Part shown: positions 1 to 13,054 of the stretch, piece after piece
Position numbering within the stretch: position 1 is the stretch's first letter
How the letters are laid out: the number at the start of each line of letters is the position of its first letter
DNA from: Eledone cirrhosa
Taxonomy: Eukaryota
Direction: 5' to 3'
Length of the DNA: 64,000 nucleotides
Assembly: GCA_964016885.1 (NCBI GenBank)
Contig: OZ024741.1
Coordinates: 29,698,001 to 29,762,000, forward strand
Made by a program: the position numbers and the translations under genes
The notes under the pieces: generated by a model
The model's input: only the letters and a program-made list of their open reading frames with translations
Databases searched by the model: none
What the model was told of the DNA's origin: nothing

Positions 1-681
1 AAGTTAATTTTGTTAGAGTGTCATATATGATGTCGTGGGCTAAAGGGGTGCAGAAAAGTTCCTGACTTAAGGGTATCGTGAAAGGGTTGAGCTGTTACCT
101 TTACAGTGGAGCTAGAACTGCAGCTATAAGTGGGTGAATGTGAGAGGGAAATATGTTGAATAACATCATAATTAACTGGTCTTCTTTTATTTTCTTTCAC
201 CCAAAGCCAGGAAAGTTTCAACACCCAGGAAAATATTCATAATCTTTACGTTCTGAGGTCAAATTACTTGCACGAAAGTCTTAACCCATTATCTGTTTTA
301 ATGCCACAAGCTGTGTTTTGATTGCTCTTAGTACAGCACACCCTATTACAAACTTTTGAGGATATCTTCTTCGCTCTCTCCCATCAGTCTCGTATCTCAA
401 GAAAAGAGTAACAAGTCTGGCCCCGTTGTTCCTGTTTAACGTATTTGTCGGAAGAAAACGGATGCAAACTATTGCAAACCAATCCGACCACGAAAGATCC
501 CATCAGTTGAGATACTGTTGAGACAAGTTAAATAAACCATCATAATGTTGATCACTATGTCTATTTTCGAATTTTGTTATTAATTCTGGAAGTTATCATA
601 AATATTATTTTCTATTTCGTGAGCAACGAAGAATTTTTTTTTCACATCTACACTGCAGGAAGCCACAAGATGTAGAAAGGC

Positions 682-860
<179 letters not shown>

Positions 861-1349
861 ACATATAGCTTAATGTGTTGTAACCTTATGTTACTGTTGG
901 CACACCAACTTGATTATTCGATGATATATTTGTATGTATATATAGTGAGCGAGCGAGAGAGAGAGAGAGGGGTTATATATATATTCGGTTTATTTTGTTT
1001 TCTTATGAATGTAGTTAGTTTATTTATGTATTTATTTATTCATTTATTCATTTGTTATTTGCGTTCTCGTATGGTTAATTTAGGCTTCCCTACAGCTCTT
1101 TTATGGAGAATAAGAATAAAATGCTGTTATATGGGATATTGAAGGTCTCCATTATTAAATGATCATTGTATGTTTGTCTTTGAAAATTGACAAGACTTTC
1201 TAGCTGTATTTCACGCATATATCTTTCACCAAAAGTCTACAGCTTCTATTTCTTTATTAATATAATTGTCTGCTTAAGAGTTTCTTTCTCCTTCACTCTA
1301 TTTCCAGTCATTTAGTTTCTTATACTTGTGTCCGGATTCACGTAACAAG

Positions 1350-1752
1350 ACACACAAACAAACTTACTCACACACATACTTACATTCACACACACTTGCA
1401 CACACACAGACACATACTAACATACACACACACACTCACACACTTGCACACATATACTTACATACACACACGCGCGCACGCACACACAAACTTACATTCA
1501 CATAGACACACACTCACACACTTGCATACATACACACACATACATACACACACAGGCACACACACACACGTACACACACACGTACATACACACACATACA
1601 CACAGACACTTACATACACACACTTACATACATACACACACTTACACACACATACACTTACACCCACACACACTTACGCACACACAACGCGCACACACAA
1701 ACACACACACCCACACACACACAGAGGCGCTCGCAAGCACACACACACACAC

Positions 1753-1836
<84 letters not shown>
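1350..1836. repeat. Degenerate (CA)n/(TACA)n tract ending in (TA)n
   Basis: Directly visible. Confidence 0.95.
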
Positions 1837-1839
<3 letters not shown>

Positions 1840-2169
1840 TATATCATGTATGAAAATGTGAGGTTTCCCTATAAAATACTTTTATTCTTTATCGAACGTA
1901 ACAAAACATTAGCAGATGATTGGCCCTACGTCTTGATACAATAAACCTAGCTCCAATATTGATCTTATCAATCGTGTGGAGTTAAGTTGACTATACGAAT
2001 GTTCTTTAGATCGATACTGGAGTCAGGTCTAACGTATCGATTAGACCTAGAGTCGCTCGTCTGCGAAACACATGTTAAGTTCAATAATGGACAAGTATAT
2101 TTTATAGTGAAACTTCGTTGTCTCATACATAATGTAAACACTTTCGAGATGAATTTGCCTACGATATAG

Positions 2170-2590
2170 TTCTGGTGACAAACACAGTGAAGGAGGTGGA
2201 GGAGTTGATGCAGGAGATTGAGACTGTGTCGATGTGTGTGGGGCTGAGAATGAATGAGATTAAGACGAACTATCTGGTAGAGAATATTAAGAAGTCAGAG
2301 AAGCTTACTAATGTAGGCGGGAAGCTGATAGAATTGGTTGACGACTTTCTGTATTTGGGAGCAAAGATTCGGAATACGAAAGATGATGTGGTCGAGAGGA
2401 AGAGGAAAGACTGGGCGGCATGCCACAGCATGAGTTCGGTGGGGAAGTCGGACCATCGTAAAGACCTGAAGACCTGTCTGACTCTTCGTTGCTGTAGTGG
2501 AGTCTGTGCTGCTGTACGGGTCTGTGACTTGGACACTGACTAAGAAACTCACTCAGATGCTGGATGGGTGCTACACGAGAATGCTGAGAG
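2170..2590 (+). mobile_element. RTE-clade LINE fragment (RT C-terminal part), same family as 55962-59261
   Basis: Translation TNTVKEVEELMQEIETVSMCVGLRMNEIKTNYLVEN...DFLYLGAKI closely matches the 970-aa ORF at 56184-59096; frameshifted and truncated into (GA)n. Confidence 0.93.
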
Positions 2591-2720
2591 AGATAGAGAG
2601 AGAGAGAGAGAGAGGAGAGTGGGAGAGAGAGAGAGAGAGTATGAGAGAGACAGAGAGAGAGACAGAATGAATGCAATAAATGATAGTCCTACTCTTCTGG
2701 AATGTGATGTTTTCAAATAA

Positions 2721-2908
2721 TTGCTTCTACTTTTGGCACAAGGCCAGCATTATCCCAGTGTATTACTGGTACTTTATTTTATCGACCCCGTAAGGATGAA
2801 AGGCAAAGTTAACCTCGGCGGGATTTAAACTCAGACCATAAAGGGCCGTAACTCTTTGCTGCAAAGCATGGCGTCCGACCCTCTACCGATACTGCCAATC
2901 CACCGCCC
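2721..2908 (-). mobile_element. tRNA-derived SINE (short form), the dominant SINE family in the window
   Basis: Minus strand: A-box-like TGGCAGTATCGGTAG, B-box-like GTTTAAATCC, central CTTTGCCTTTCATCCTTACGGGGTCGATAAAATAAAGTACCAG (resembles the Meta/MESC SINE domain), ATT-type tail. Confidence 0.9.
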
Positions 2909-3743
2909 GATCTTTTAAAATAATGTTATATCTATCTATCTATCTATCTCCGGATGGCATAGACGTGCTTCACATCGGCTCCGCGAATATTGGAGATATT
3001 ACGTGTTAACAGTAAGTGTTTGTCTGTATTATTGCGTTACTGTGTTAATTAACCCCCTTGCCTGGGTCTTCGGACATTAGGGTTAATTTATTTCACCCCT
3101 TTATTTATTTCATCCTAAAACTCTTGCAATTGTCTCTACGCTAGTGGTAATGGAAGCCATTACCACAGGTAACGATGACACGCCCACTAAACAAACTGAA
3201 GGAGAGCGGGTAGCTGAGGCAACAAGCCACCCTACTGAAAGAATAATGATTATTAGAAACATTGAAAAAATGGAACCTAACCCTAATGAAAAAAATGTGA
3301 AAAAAATTAACTCGTAGCAATTGCCAAAATTAATGGATGACGTTTCGACTTTTCACGGCGCCACGCCCACCAGAAAAGGTGAAAGAGAAGTAGTAGCTGT
3401 GACTACAAGTCTCTCGGATAATGAAAATATAAGTGAAGATTTTGAAAAAATGGAGTCTAACTCCAAAGAAAAAAAAATGTGAACGAATACACCAACATAA
3501 ATAACACAAACACAACAAAAACAACTTTCGCACAGACAACAAAAAAATCTATAATATATACACCTATTGACTTAACTGCCGCCAGAGAGAAACTGGCAGA
3601 AGCAAAAAAACACATAGTCTTGGGGGAGAACGGAATATTTTCCATTAATTCCCCCCCCAGAATTCAAGAAAACGAGACTAGAAAACACTGTTCTGTTTAG
3701 AACAGTCCTAAACCACACGAGAAAGCCAGCACAGCCCAGCCAA

Positions 3744-4904
3744 ATGGAGATAGAGTTGGTCCTAAAAGACTATATGAAGAATATTCTCTTCATACGAAAG
3801 GACCGACTCTATGGCAGCATTTCGGTCTTAACAAAAGACAGGGAAACAGCTCAGAGGCTTTCCCTAAGCCCACTCTCATCAACAGCATACAGCTTCTATC
3901 CCTCCTACATGGGTAGAAGAACACAGAGAGTCAAAATACAGACAATACTGCCCACAATGGACTTCTGGTGGGCTATTGCTGGCTTCATAGACATGGGCGA
4001 GGACACAGTGCTATCAATGGGGAAGGCATCTGGAGATGCGTTCCTGGGAATGGGCCTCGACCTACTAGTCCAAATGAGGCCCGAAAGAATAGCGCAAATC
4101 CCGGATCGCATCTGGCTGGATGACCTCACCCCAATATATATAATTGTAGAGGGGAGAAGACCAGCATGCTATTCATGCACCGAAAGGGGACACGTTAAGG
4201 CTAACTGCCCGAATCGTATCCCCCAAAAAGGACTATTGCCCACACCTACCACAAACAGTACACCAACACCACCCACCTCCAAAAATACACTAATACCACA
4301 CACAGCAAACAAAATACAGACACCACCAACCACAAGCACAACACAAACATCACCACCACCAGCACCAAACACAAGCACGACACAAAAATCACCACCACCA
4401 TCACCAACCACAACACAAACATCACCACCAACATCACCAACCACAAGCACGACACAAACATCACCACCACCACCACAAAACACATTCCAAACAAATAATA
4501 AAAAAAACAGCAACAAATCTACCCCTCCCGCAAAAAAAAAACAACCAGACACCACGTCCCTCCCACCTAGCGCTGAAGAGTTTCCCCCAACTTCTGAAGA
4601 AGAAGGAGGAGAAGCCTTCAGACAAGTTAAAAGAAAAAAACGAAAGCACACACCCAGCACACCACAACAACAAATAACCCACACACAAACACCAACTCCA
4701 ATCAAAAACACCCCACCCTCGACAAACAAAAATAAATCTGCGCCTCCCCCCTTCGAAACATTGACAGCATCACAAAAAAAGACTTTACAATACACATATA
4801 TAAATAAAGAAAACAAAAAACTTTATCTCAACAGAGAACTTCACCCATTAAAAAATGATAAAGGTCCCTCTGGACCTTTATCGTTCCTTAAAAGAACAAT
4901 TTAA
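3744..4904 (+). CDS. Tx1 ORF1 (gag-like nucleic-acid-binding protein), main open segment
   Basis: Zinc knuckle CYSCTERGHVKANC (CX2CX4HX4C), Pro/Thr repeats, basic stretch KRKKRK. The original start may be the ATG at 3150, with upstream parts broken by stops and A-run frameshifts. Confidence 0.8.
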   Translation: MEIELVLKDYMKNILFIRKDRLYGSISVLTKDRETAQRLSLSPLSSTAYSFYPSYMGRRTQRVKIQTILPTMDFWWAIAGFIDMGEDTVLSMGKASGDAFLGMGLDLLVQMRPERIAQIPDRIWLDDLTPIYIIVEGRRPACYSCTERGHVKANCPNRIPQKGLLPTPTTNSTPTPPTSKNTLIPHTANKIQTPPTTSTTQTSPPPAPNTSTTQKSPPPSPTTTQTSPPTSPTTSTTQTSPPPPQNTFQTNNKKNSNKSTPPAKKKQPDTTSLPPSAEEFPPTSEEEGGEAFRQVKRKKRKHTPSTPQQQITHTQTPTPIKNTPPSTNKNKSAPPPFETLTASQKKTLQYTYINKENKKLYLNRELHPLKNDKGPSGPLSFLKRTI

Positions 4905-5143
4905 ACAGGACGTGAGCCCCCCCCCCCCCTGTTTAAAACCGTTAAATCGCGTCCTCTTGAAAGATTTCCCCATAACCTCCCCTCTCCCTGACACAACTCC
5001 AAATACCCCAACCCACCACACTCGGATACCCCCACACAACCACAAAACATCCCTCCACCCAACACACCCGACCCCATGGAAATTACACAACCCGGAGAGG
5101 TAGGTGCTTTTCTTTCTTCACTTTCAACACCAAAATAGATCAA

Positions 5144-8100
5144 TTGAGAGTTCGCTGTTTGAATGCGCGTGGCCTGGGCTCAGCTTGGAAGCAAGCAAAG
5201 CTTCTAAGTGAACTCAGGTCACGAAGTATAGATGTGATGGTTGTTTGCGAGAGTCGGATCAGCAGCGTGCGACAGCTGGCTCCCGCCTTCGATGACTTTG
5301 AGATGCACGCATCTCTCTGTCAACCCGGAGGCGGGGATGGGATTGCCGTACTGCTGGATAAACGTCTGGCTCTCGACGTACAGATTGTTCACTCGGACCC
5401 GGGGGGGGGGGGGTCGATTACTGGTGCTGGACGTCGGAGGCGGTGAAGGCGGGGCTTTCAGACTGGTCGGTCTTTATGCCCCCTTCGGGGCTGAAAGAGC
5501 CGACTTCTTCCAGCATCTGGAGACTTTTCTAGGAACGTCGCGTTCCCTGCTTTTAGTGGGGGACTGGAATGGAATCCTAGATGCGCGTTGGGACTATGCA
5601 GGGGCATGTCCCGATAGAGGCGGGTGTAGCAGCCTCAAGGGGTTACTCCATCGATTCGACCTGGTCGATAGAGTTCGACTAGATTTTCCAACTGTGCCAA
5701 CCTGGACCTGGGTAAACCGCAGTGGTCAATCTAGATCGTACCTAGATAGGTTTTTGGTTAGGAGTAAGGATAGGGACGTATTTAGTTGTCCAGCATTGCT
5801 CATGGTTGGCTATTCAGATCACAAATTAGTGACCTGCGTGGTCAACCGTGATAGAACACATAGACAGGGTCCCGGTTACTGGAAGATGAACTTGTCCTTG
5901 CCGGCAAAGGAAGCTTACAGGAACCGGATTAGTAGCTTAGTTATGATGCGGTTGACGGGAGCGATCGTCAACAGCAGGTGGTGGGTATCTCTAAAGAGAG
6001 AGATTAGAGTAAGTTCGATAGGTTACAGTAAGGAACTAGCGGCGAATAGAAATAGGAGGGAAAGGGAGTTAACAGATATACTAGAAGAGGCGATTAGGAG
6101 CGGAGACGTGGCCAGAGTGTTAGCGTCGAGAACGGCGTTGAGCCAGTTCTTTGACTTGAAGCACGAAGGCTGCGTTGTCCGAAGTAAAATACGTGCTTTA
6201 GGAAACGAGGGGACCAAAGCTGTTAGCTGGGCCCGCGTGACAGAAGCCAAGAGTAGGATTAAATCCACCATTCGGTCTTTGCGAGACCAGGATGGACGGG
6301 TGATCCTTGAACCTGAGCGGATGTGCGAGGCCTTTCAAAGGCACTTTGCTCGACTGTTCGGAGGAGGCGGGGGGCCGGACGGGTATGTGGACTTCGGTCC
6401 ATACCTCGACGGTCTACCGCGTCTTTCGAGCGGCAAAGCGGAGTGCTGCGAAAGGCCAATCACAGCCACTGAAATCGGGGAAGCGCTCAGCCAATGCAGC
6501 AGACGCAAATCTCCGGGTCTCGATGGTCTACCATACGAACTTTATTTAGCTATGCCGGTCTTGTTCTCCGAACTCCTCGAGGCTGTCTATTGCAACTGGC
6601 AACAGAACGGGAGAATTCGCTGTTCTGTGACCAAGGGCGTAGTCACGTTAGTGAGGAAGGACGACAGCAAGGGGGACGACTTAAGTAACTTTAGGCCCAT
6701 AACTCTGCTGAATGCAGAGTTACAGATTTTGGCCAAGGTGTTGGCGAAGAGGTTGGCGCTTGTGGTGGGTGGTTTGGTGGGAGACGCGCAGACATGCGCT
6801 ATCCCGTCCAGGTCCATTCACGACAACCTCCACCTCATGCGATACATCGTAGAGAGGGTTGGGAACGAACCCGGCTTTGGTGGGGCCCTGATCAACTTGG
6901 ATCAATCTAAGGCGTTCGATAGGGTTGACCATGGTTTCCTGGATGCGGTGCTAGCGGCGGCGGGCTTCGGACCCGTTTTCAGGGGCTGGATTTCTGCCAT
7001 GCACAGTGGTAACTCTGCTCTAGGGTTAAAGTAAACGGCTACCTCTCGGAGCCGTTTCAAATCACCCGGTTAATCAGGCAGGGGTTCCCCCTCTCCTCCT
7101 TTCTGTACGTATTGGCTCTCGAGCCACTGCTGCGGAAGTAGGAGTTGCTGCGGGGCATACCCCTGGAACCGGGATTGCACAAAGAGGTCTCGGACTATGC
7201 CGACGACGTAACAGTAATGGTGGCGGACGCCTCGAAAATTGGGGCGATCGCCACCCTACTGGAGGAATACGAAAGGCTGACGTGGGCTAGGCTGAACAGG
7301 GACAAGACAGTCGGTTTGCAACTCGGAACGTGGAGGGGCAAACCGATGCCGTTAGACGGTGTCGTCGGGGGGTGGACGGAGGGCCCGGTGAAGCTGCTCC
7401 GGGTCTGGTTTGGACCGGACCTCCAGGTGGAGAAGAATTGGGGCGACGTGAGGAGCAGGGCGTTTGCGTTGACCCAGAAGTGGGCCAAGTGCAAACTATC
7501 ACTGAAAGGTCGGGCGGAGGTGGCGAACGCTTACATAGTGTCCGTCATCTACTACCGCCTGACCGTCGTGCCTTGCCCTAAGGAAACGCTCACCATCATG
7601 GAGCGCATGCTCTTCCAGTTCCTCTGGAAGAAGCGGCCTCCCATGGTGAGGAGATCCATCTGCTGCCAGCACCCTTCGAAAGGAGGGCTGGGTATGCCGT
7701 GGCTGTTGATGCGCAGGCACGCATTGAGGCTACGGCATCTACAGGTATTCCTCACCGGTCAGCCGGTGTGGGCCCCGTTTGTGAGGCGAGCCTTCTCACA
7801 GCTCGTCTCGCTCACCGAGCTGCAATCCTGGGTGAAGCAAAGACCGAGAAAACTGGGCAACTGGCACACCGAGTGTGCCCAGGCGCTCACGGCTCTCTGG
7901 GAAGCGGACCCGACTATCAGTGGAGAATCCACCTCGACATTCTATAGAGGGCTGGTGGCTAGCAGGGGCGACGACACCCTTGGAGAGTCGCTAGGCATGG
8001 AGGAGGACGAACTGGCCAGCTTGTTCGGTAGAACTTTCGGCCCGGGACCCATGGACAACTTCCAGAGGTCCCTAGCCTGGCAGTGCTACTGGGGGGCTCT

Positions 8101-8578
8101 GCCCGTTCGAGAAAAGCCCTACAGACACGGGCGCCCGGACAGGGATCCCGCGAAAAAGATCTGTCCCAGATGCGTGCGCGACGAGAAAACCGTTGCGCAC
8201 GCACTAGTACACTGCCCGGGCGTTGCCGATCTGTGGGGCTACGTCGAACGACTGCTGTCGCGTGTGGCGCCGATGCGATTGGCCGCCGAGTCTGTGGTGA
8301 ACATCAAGCCGCCTCCTCCCTTCAGAAATGAAGCAGAGGCGGTCTTTCTGTGCGTAATAGCCATGATGAAAGAGGTTGTGTGGTTGACGCGCCTGAAAGG
8401 TCTGAGGTCGGGTGACTTTCTCTCCGGCCAACACCTGGTTTACTTCTTCCGATACCACTTCGGAAGAAGGATCAGGATGGAGAGAGAAGTGCTTGGCCCT
8501 AGACAGTTTTATGAAAGGTGGGTGAAAGAAGCGAGAATGACTCGTGTAAATGGGCCTTCTCTCTACATTGTTCTGTAG
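5144..8578 (+). pseudogene. Tx1 ORF2 (APE endonuclease + reverse transcriptase + C-terminal Cys/His motif), disrupted
   Basis: LNARGL, GDWN, SYLDRF, SDH (APE); KSPGLDGLPYE, FRPITLLN, LDQSKAFDRVDH, RQGFPLSS, YADD (RT); CPRC..HALVHC. Frameshifts at the G-run 5401-5413 and near 7010-7020; in-frame TAG at 7139-7141. Confidence 0.93.
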
Positions 8579-9483
8579 GTGAAGAAGTGAAGAGGAAAGG
8601 GGGAGCGCCTCTTCTCTGGGCTTCCCCCGCGAAAAGGGTTGCACACTTTTCGAGGGTATGTGCAATCCCCAACACTCCCCCTCCCTTTTGAGGACTTTTT
8701 ATTATTATATTATTATTGTTATTCCTTTTTTCTTTACTCGATTTATGTAAACTCCCCCACTGTGTATTTGTCCCCTTCTTTTGTGCCCTCGTGGCAAATA
8801 AATAGAAATCTATCTATCTATATACACGATTGTATATAGATAGATAGATAGCACGTGTCTTTGTTTTGTCCCCTTTTCTTGTGCGCCCTTGTGGTTAATA
8901 AAAAATATATTTATATAATAATAAAATGACGATTTGTTATGGCTTAGTTTGGATTATTGAATAGTGACGCCCGTTTCGCTATTGATCAGCTCAAGGTTCG
9001 ATCTGTATCGATCTAGCCCGACTCTGGAATCAAAAGTTCGTCGGCCCTCTGCTGTGGTAATGACAGAATGAACCTGTAGGGCTTAGATAGGTCTATGACG
9101 ATTCACATTCATTTACGGTGGTCAGTTACTGTTGTTTTGATTGGTGGTGTTGCTATAAGGAATGTTTTGGTGTGTGATAGGTGGGGAGAATGATCATATA
9201 AAGAGTTGGTTGTGGGTAGTGATGGTTGGTGTGAGTCGCGGGGGGAGATGGTCGGTGTGAGTTGCGGGGCTGTGGTGTTTTGGCTGTTTCATAGACATTG
9301 TAACGTGTATGTGGTGAGGCGAATATCTGGGGTGGGTCTTATTACACTACCCCAGTTTTTGAACTGTGCCTTTCATATTGAATTCAGATGTATTAAACTC
9401 AAAGTACGCCGCAGTGTTCTATGAACTCTAAGGTTAAACAATGGCAATTAAATACATTGATACATTTTTCGATGCTTTAATAA

Positions 9484-9870
9484 TTGTTTCTACTTTTGGC
9501 ACAAGGCTAGTAATTATTCCAGCGCATTACTGGTACTTTATTTTATCGACCCCGTAAGGATGAAAGGCAAAGTTAACCTCGGTGGGATTTGAACTCAGAA
9601 TGGCAAGGGCTCTAACTCTATGTGCCAAAGCATGGTGACCGACCCTCTACCGATACTGCCAACTAATAATGGTTTCATATTTATGCACATAGACCACAAT
9701 TTTTAAGGGAAGGGCTTAGTAGATTAAATCGACTCCAGTACGTTACAGGTACTTTTTTATCGACTTCGGGACGGTGAAATGCAATTTTGATCTCGACGGA
9801 ATTCAAACTCAGAAACTGCTGGAATATATATACTTAAGTAATTTTCCCGACGCTCTAACAATAACAACAA
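9484..9870 (-). mobile_element. Two adjacent tRNA-SINE copies (9484-9663; more decayed 9668-9870)
   Basis: Same motifs as 2721-2908. Confidence 0.85.
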
Positions 9871-9874
9871 TGTC

Positions 9875-12765
9875 ATCGGTTTCATTTAAATCCAAAGATT
9901 GGCACAGCAGGGCGTTGGGGCTGACACTCAATACACCGTTGCACTCAGCAATCGTTGCTGATTCCTGTCCATACTTCAAGGCTGAGTTGCGATGTCAACT
10001 ATAGTGTATTTCTTTGTCTGCCCCCTTTTAAACCCCCTTACAACTTGCCTCTGGAGAATGGGTTTAAATAGTAGATGCAGGACATCTGTCTATATTAAGT
10101 GAGTTTCGGCATTTTATGGTGAACAATAGTGGTTTTTCTCTGTCAGCATTTTTGTGACTTGCTGCCTAACAAGGATGTATTGTGTGCCTAGTATTGTTTG
10201 TGAGCCACTGTTTTACTGCGCGCAGAGAGTTCCGATGACCATATTTTTCTTAATCGGGTGTAATATTCCCTGGTTACGTGTTCCTTATTACAAATGCCAT
10301 TATAGGATATATTCTCATCTATCCCCAGGTATCTGTAGCAGATATCATTATCTCGTCAGATATCCGTGAAACAGTTAGGTCATTGACACAAATGTTGCAA
10401 AATTGGGTTGTAGTTTTTCCTCGCTTTACAATCATATATGAACCTTTATCTTGGCCAAACTCCATTCCTATATACTTTGAGAATGTTGTAACTAGGTCAA
10501 GATTTTTCTTCATCCCATTTATGTCCTTGGTATAGAGTTTCAGAACATCTACAAAGGAATTATGGGTTAAATTCTTATTTCTGTCTTCCTGTGAGCCAAT
10601 GATGCATCCTTCACATTTCTAGAGAAAAAAAGGACAAGGGGTTTAATGACATGATAAATAGCAGCACAAACAGAGACTGTCTCCCTTGTTATATTCCATT
10701 TTATCACTGGAAATAGAGTTCTCCTTCCTTGTTTTTAACTTTAGGATAGTAGCCCAAGAAGAAGACAGCTTTGCTATGGCTCTGATAATAATTGTTTCTA
10801 CTTTTGGCACAAGACCAGCAATTATCCCAGTGTATTACTGGTACTTCATTTTATCGACCCTGTAAGGATGAAAGGCAAAGTTGACCTCGGCGGGATTTGA
10901 ACTCAGATCATAAAGGGAGGTAACTCTGTGTTTCAAACCATGGCGTCCGACCCTCTACCGATACTGCCAATCCACCGCCCTCTCTGATAATAATGTCTGG
11001 GGCTTTAGCAAGTCGGAGGGCTTCTATCATCCAAGAGTGGGGAACAGAATCAAATGCTCTCTTGTAGTTCAGCCAGACTGTAACCCTATTCCTCCTATGT
11101 TGTCGCACCTCCGACATCGCAGTTTTGTTAATTAGGAGTTATTCAGCACACCCAGAAACCCCTTTCTTTCCAGCTGCTTGTTCATTTCTGGTGATGTCAT
11201 TACTGTTGCAGTGATCTTGGAGAAATAGGTTCAGGCAGGCTGTATACCACTTATACATCAGGTTCCGGCATGCAATGGGTCGGTTGTTTTTTCCCAAGTG
11301 GGTGTCTTTGTTCTTGGGGCCAGTATTGCTTGTGTTAATGTCAACCATTCTGGTATATGTGAATCTCCCTTGAGAGCTTTCTAGTAGAGGTCGATAAGAT
11401 ACATCCGATAGAATATCAGTTTTTTGCCAGTAGCCGACAATCATGTCTCTTCCTGGTGCTTTCTTATTTTGGAGTTTTCCTATTACAGTCTCAAGGGTAT
11501 CCTCATTTATTTCGTATGTTTTTGGTGTAGCTTAGGAGCAATAACTCTTTTGGATTTCTTTTAGTCACACTGCATCTTGGTTGAAATACTTCTTTTCACC
11601 CCATCCTTTTCTACAGAAGGAATCTAAATGTTTCTGGGATGGGCCCTCTGTGACATTTATTACTTTGCCCTTTATATCTTTATAGACACATGTTTAGTTT
11701 CGTCTGAATCTTTTATTAAGTACTTTTCTTTCATCTACCTCCTTCAGGTATCGAAGTTTCTCGCTGACAGTTCTCAATTCTTGTTTGATGGTGATCAGCT
11801 TATATTGAAGAGTTCTGTTTCTACTTTTATCAAACATCGTTTCTATTTTATGTTTCACTCTTTGTTGGTGAGGAGTGAAGTTTTTGTGTTTTTCTGTTTT
11901 TGTTTGCAAGTTAGGAGCATTGTCACATATCCTGTGGTTTTTCGTAGGTCAGCAATCTTTCTTTCTATTTTAGTTATATATGATGGTATTTTTGGTGCTG
12001 TTTTGTTCTTGGTAATATCTCTGCTATCACCAAGACAATGCTTCACTGTCGTTTCTAGGGCATATAAACAGGCGTTGATTTGCCAAAATGTTGGGGTTTT
12101 TATCCATCGTAAATATCCATCTCCTATTTCGTCAATAATATTTCATTATTTGGTTTTATTGTTGTTTTAATACGTTCAGCAAGAGAAATGTTTATACATG
12201 AATTAATTTATCTCTGGAAGATTTCGTTGGGGAAAATTTCAATTCTTTATACTTTTGATTATTATTATCGATAGTGTGTTCCATAGCAGTCGGGGCAGAC
12301 TCAGATGGTATACGTGGTGTCAAATTTCTTATGGGCATAATTGTTTCAAGGCCATGTTCGACCTGGCTGCTAGGAAGTCTAGTAGCACGGCGAGCTGTAG
12401 CGCGTGGTGTTGATTTTGTGTTTGTTCTGGGGGACTTATAATTAATAATATTTATGTTATTTTTGCGTTCAACAAACGTCGCTTGTTGGTGTAATTGTTT
12501 CGGTGGGAAGTGATTTAGCTCTGTGTATATTTCCTTCGAGTGTTGCTTCATTCTGTTCATATAGCCAACAGAGAGTTTTTTTGGCCATTTTATAACAATT
12601 AAATAAATCATCATTAAGTTCGCAACTCCATGAGAAATGTGATTTATAATTTTGTTTTCTTCTGTAGCTACAACTAAATGAATTTTGTTTACTTTTGTCA
12701 TTGCTTATTTCAATAAATTGTTCTCATTACTTGTATTAGGTAAGTTGTTGTTGTTGTGTCTGGCC
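9875..12765 (-). mobile_element. Decayed R4/Dong-clade LINE (N-terminal region and RT)
   Basis: Minus-strand peptides RPIACRNLMYKWYT, EQAAGKKGVSGCAE, WLNYKRAFDSVPHSWMIEALRL, IGMEFGQDK, GYMNRMK are typical of R4/Dong; many stops and frameshifts; boundaries approximate. Confidence 0.82.
10793..10981 (-). mobile_element. tRNA-SINE inserted in the R4 RT with a 13-bp TSD
   Basis: CTCTGATAATAAT at 10780-10792 and 10982-10994; B-box GTTCAAATCC on the minus strand. Confidence 0.95.
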
Positions 12766-13054
12766 ATGCTGTTTGTAGCAAATCTTTGTACAGTGAATTA
12801 CTTATTTAGTTGAATATGTCTACGATTTGGAATAAAATGTGTCTTCAGTGGATATAGTTAGAAGAATATCCAGATATTCAACATGACTGATAGTTGTGGC
12901 ATTACTGTCGGAGGTAGTATTCATTATATATTTAATGAATAGTTGCTTAAGCCAAAATGCACGATGATCGCGTTGACTGTCTGTCTATGTATGTATATAT
13001 GTACATACGTGTGCATATATGTATGTATGCATATATGTATGTATGTATGTGTGT

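Larger units (their letters stand above)
2950..8808 (+). mobile_element. Full-length Tx1/L1-clade non-LTR retrotransposon, disrupted
   Basis: 5' UTR, ORF1 with CCHC knuckle, ORF2 APE-RT-Cys/His domain, pyrimidine-rich 3' UTR, AATAAA at 8797-8802; (TCTA)n on both sides. Confidence 0.93.

Noticed and set aside
4169-4816. 215-aa minus-strand Val/Gly-rich ORF
   Set aside because: Antisense shadow of the A/C-rich Tx1 ORF1 repeats.
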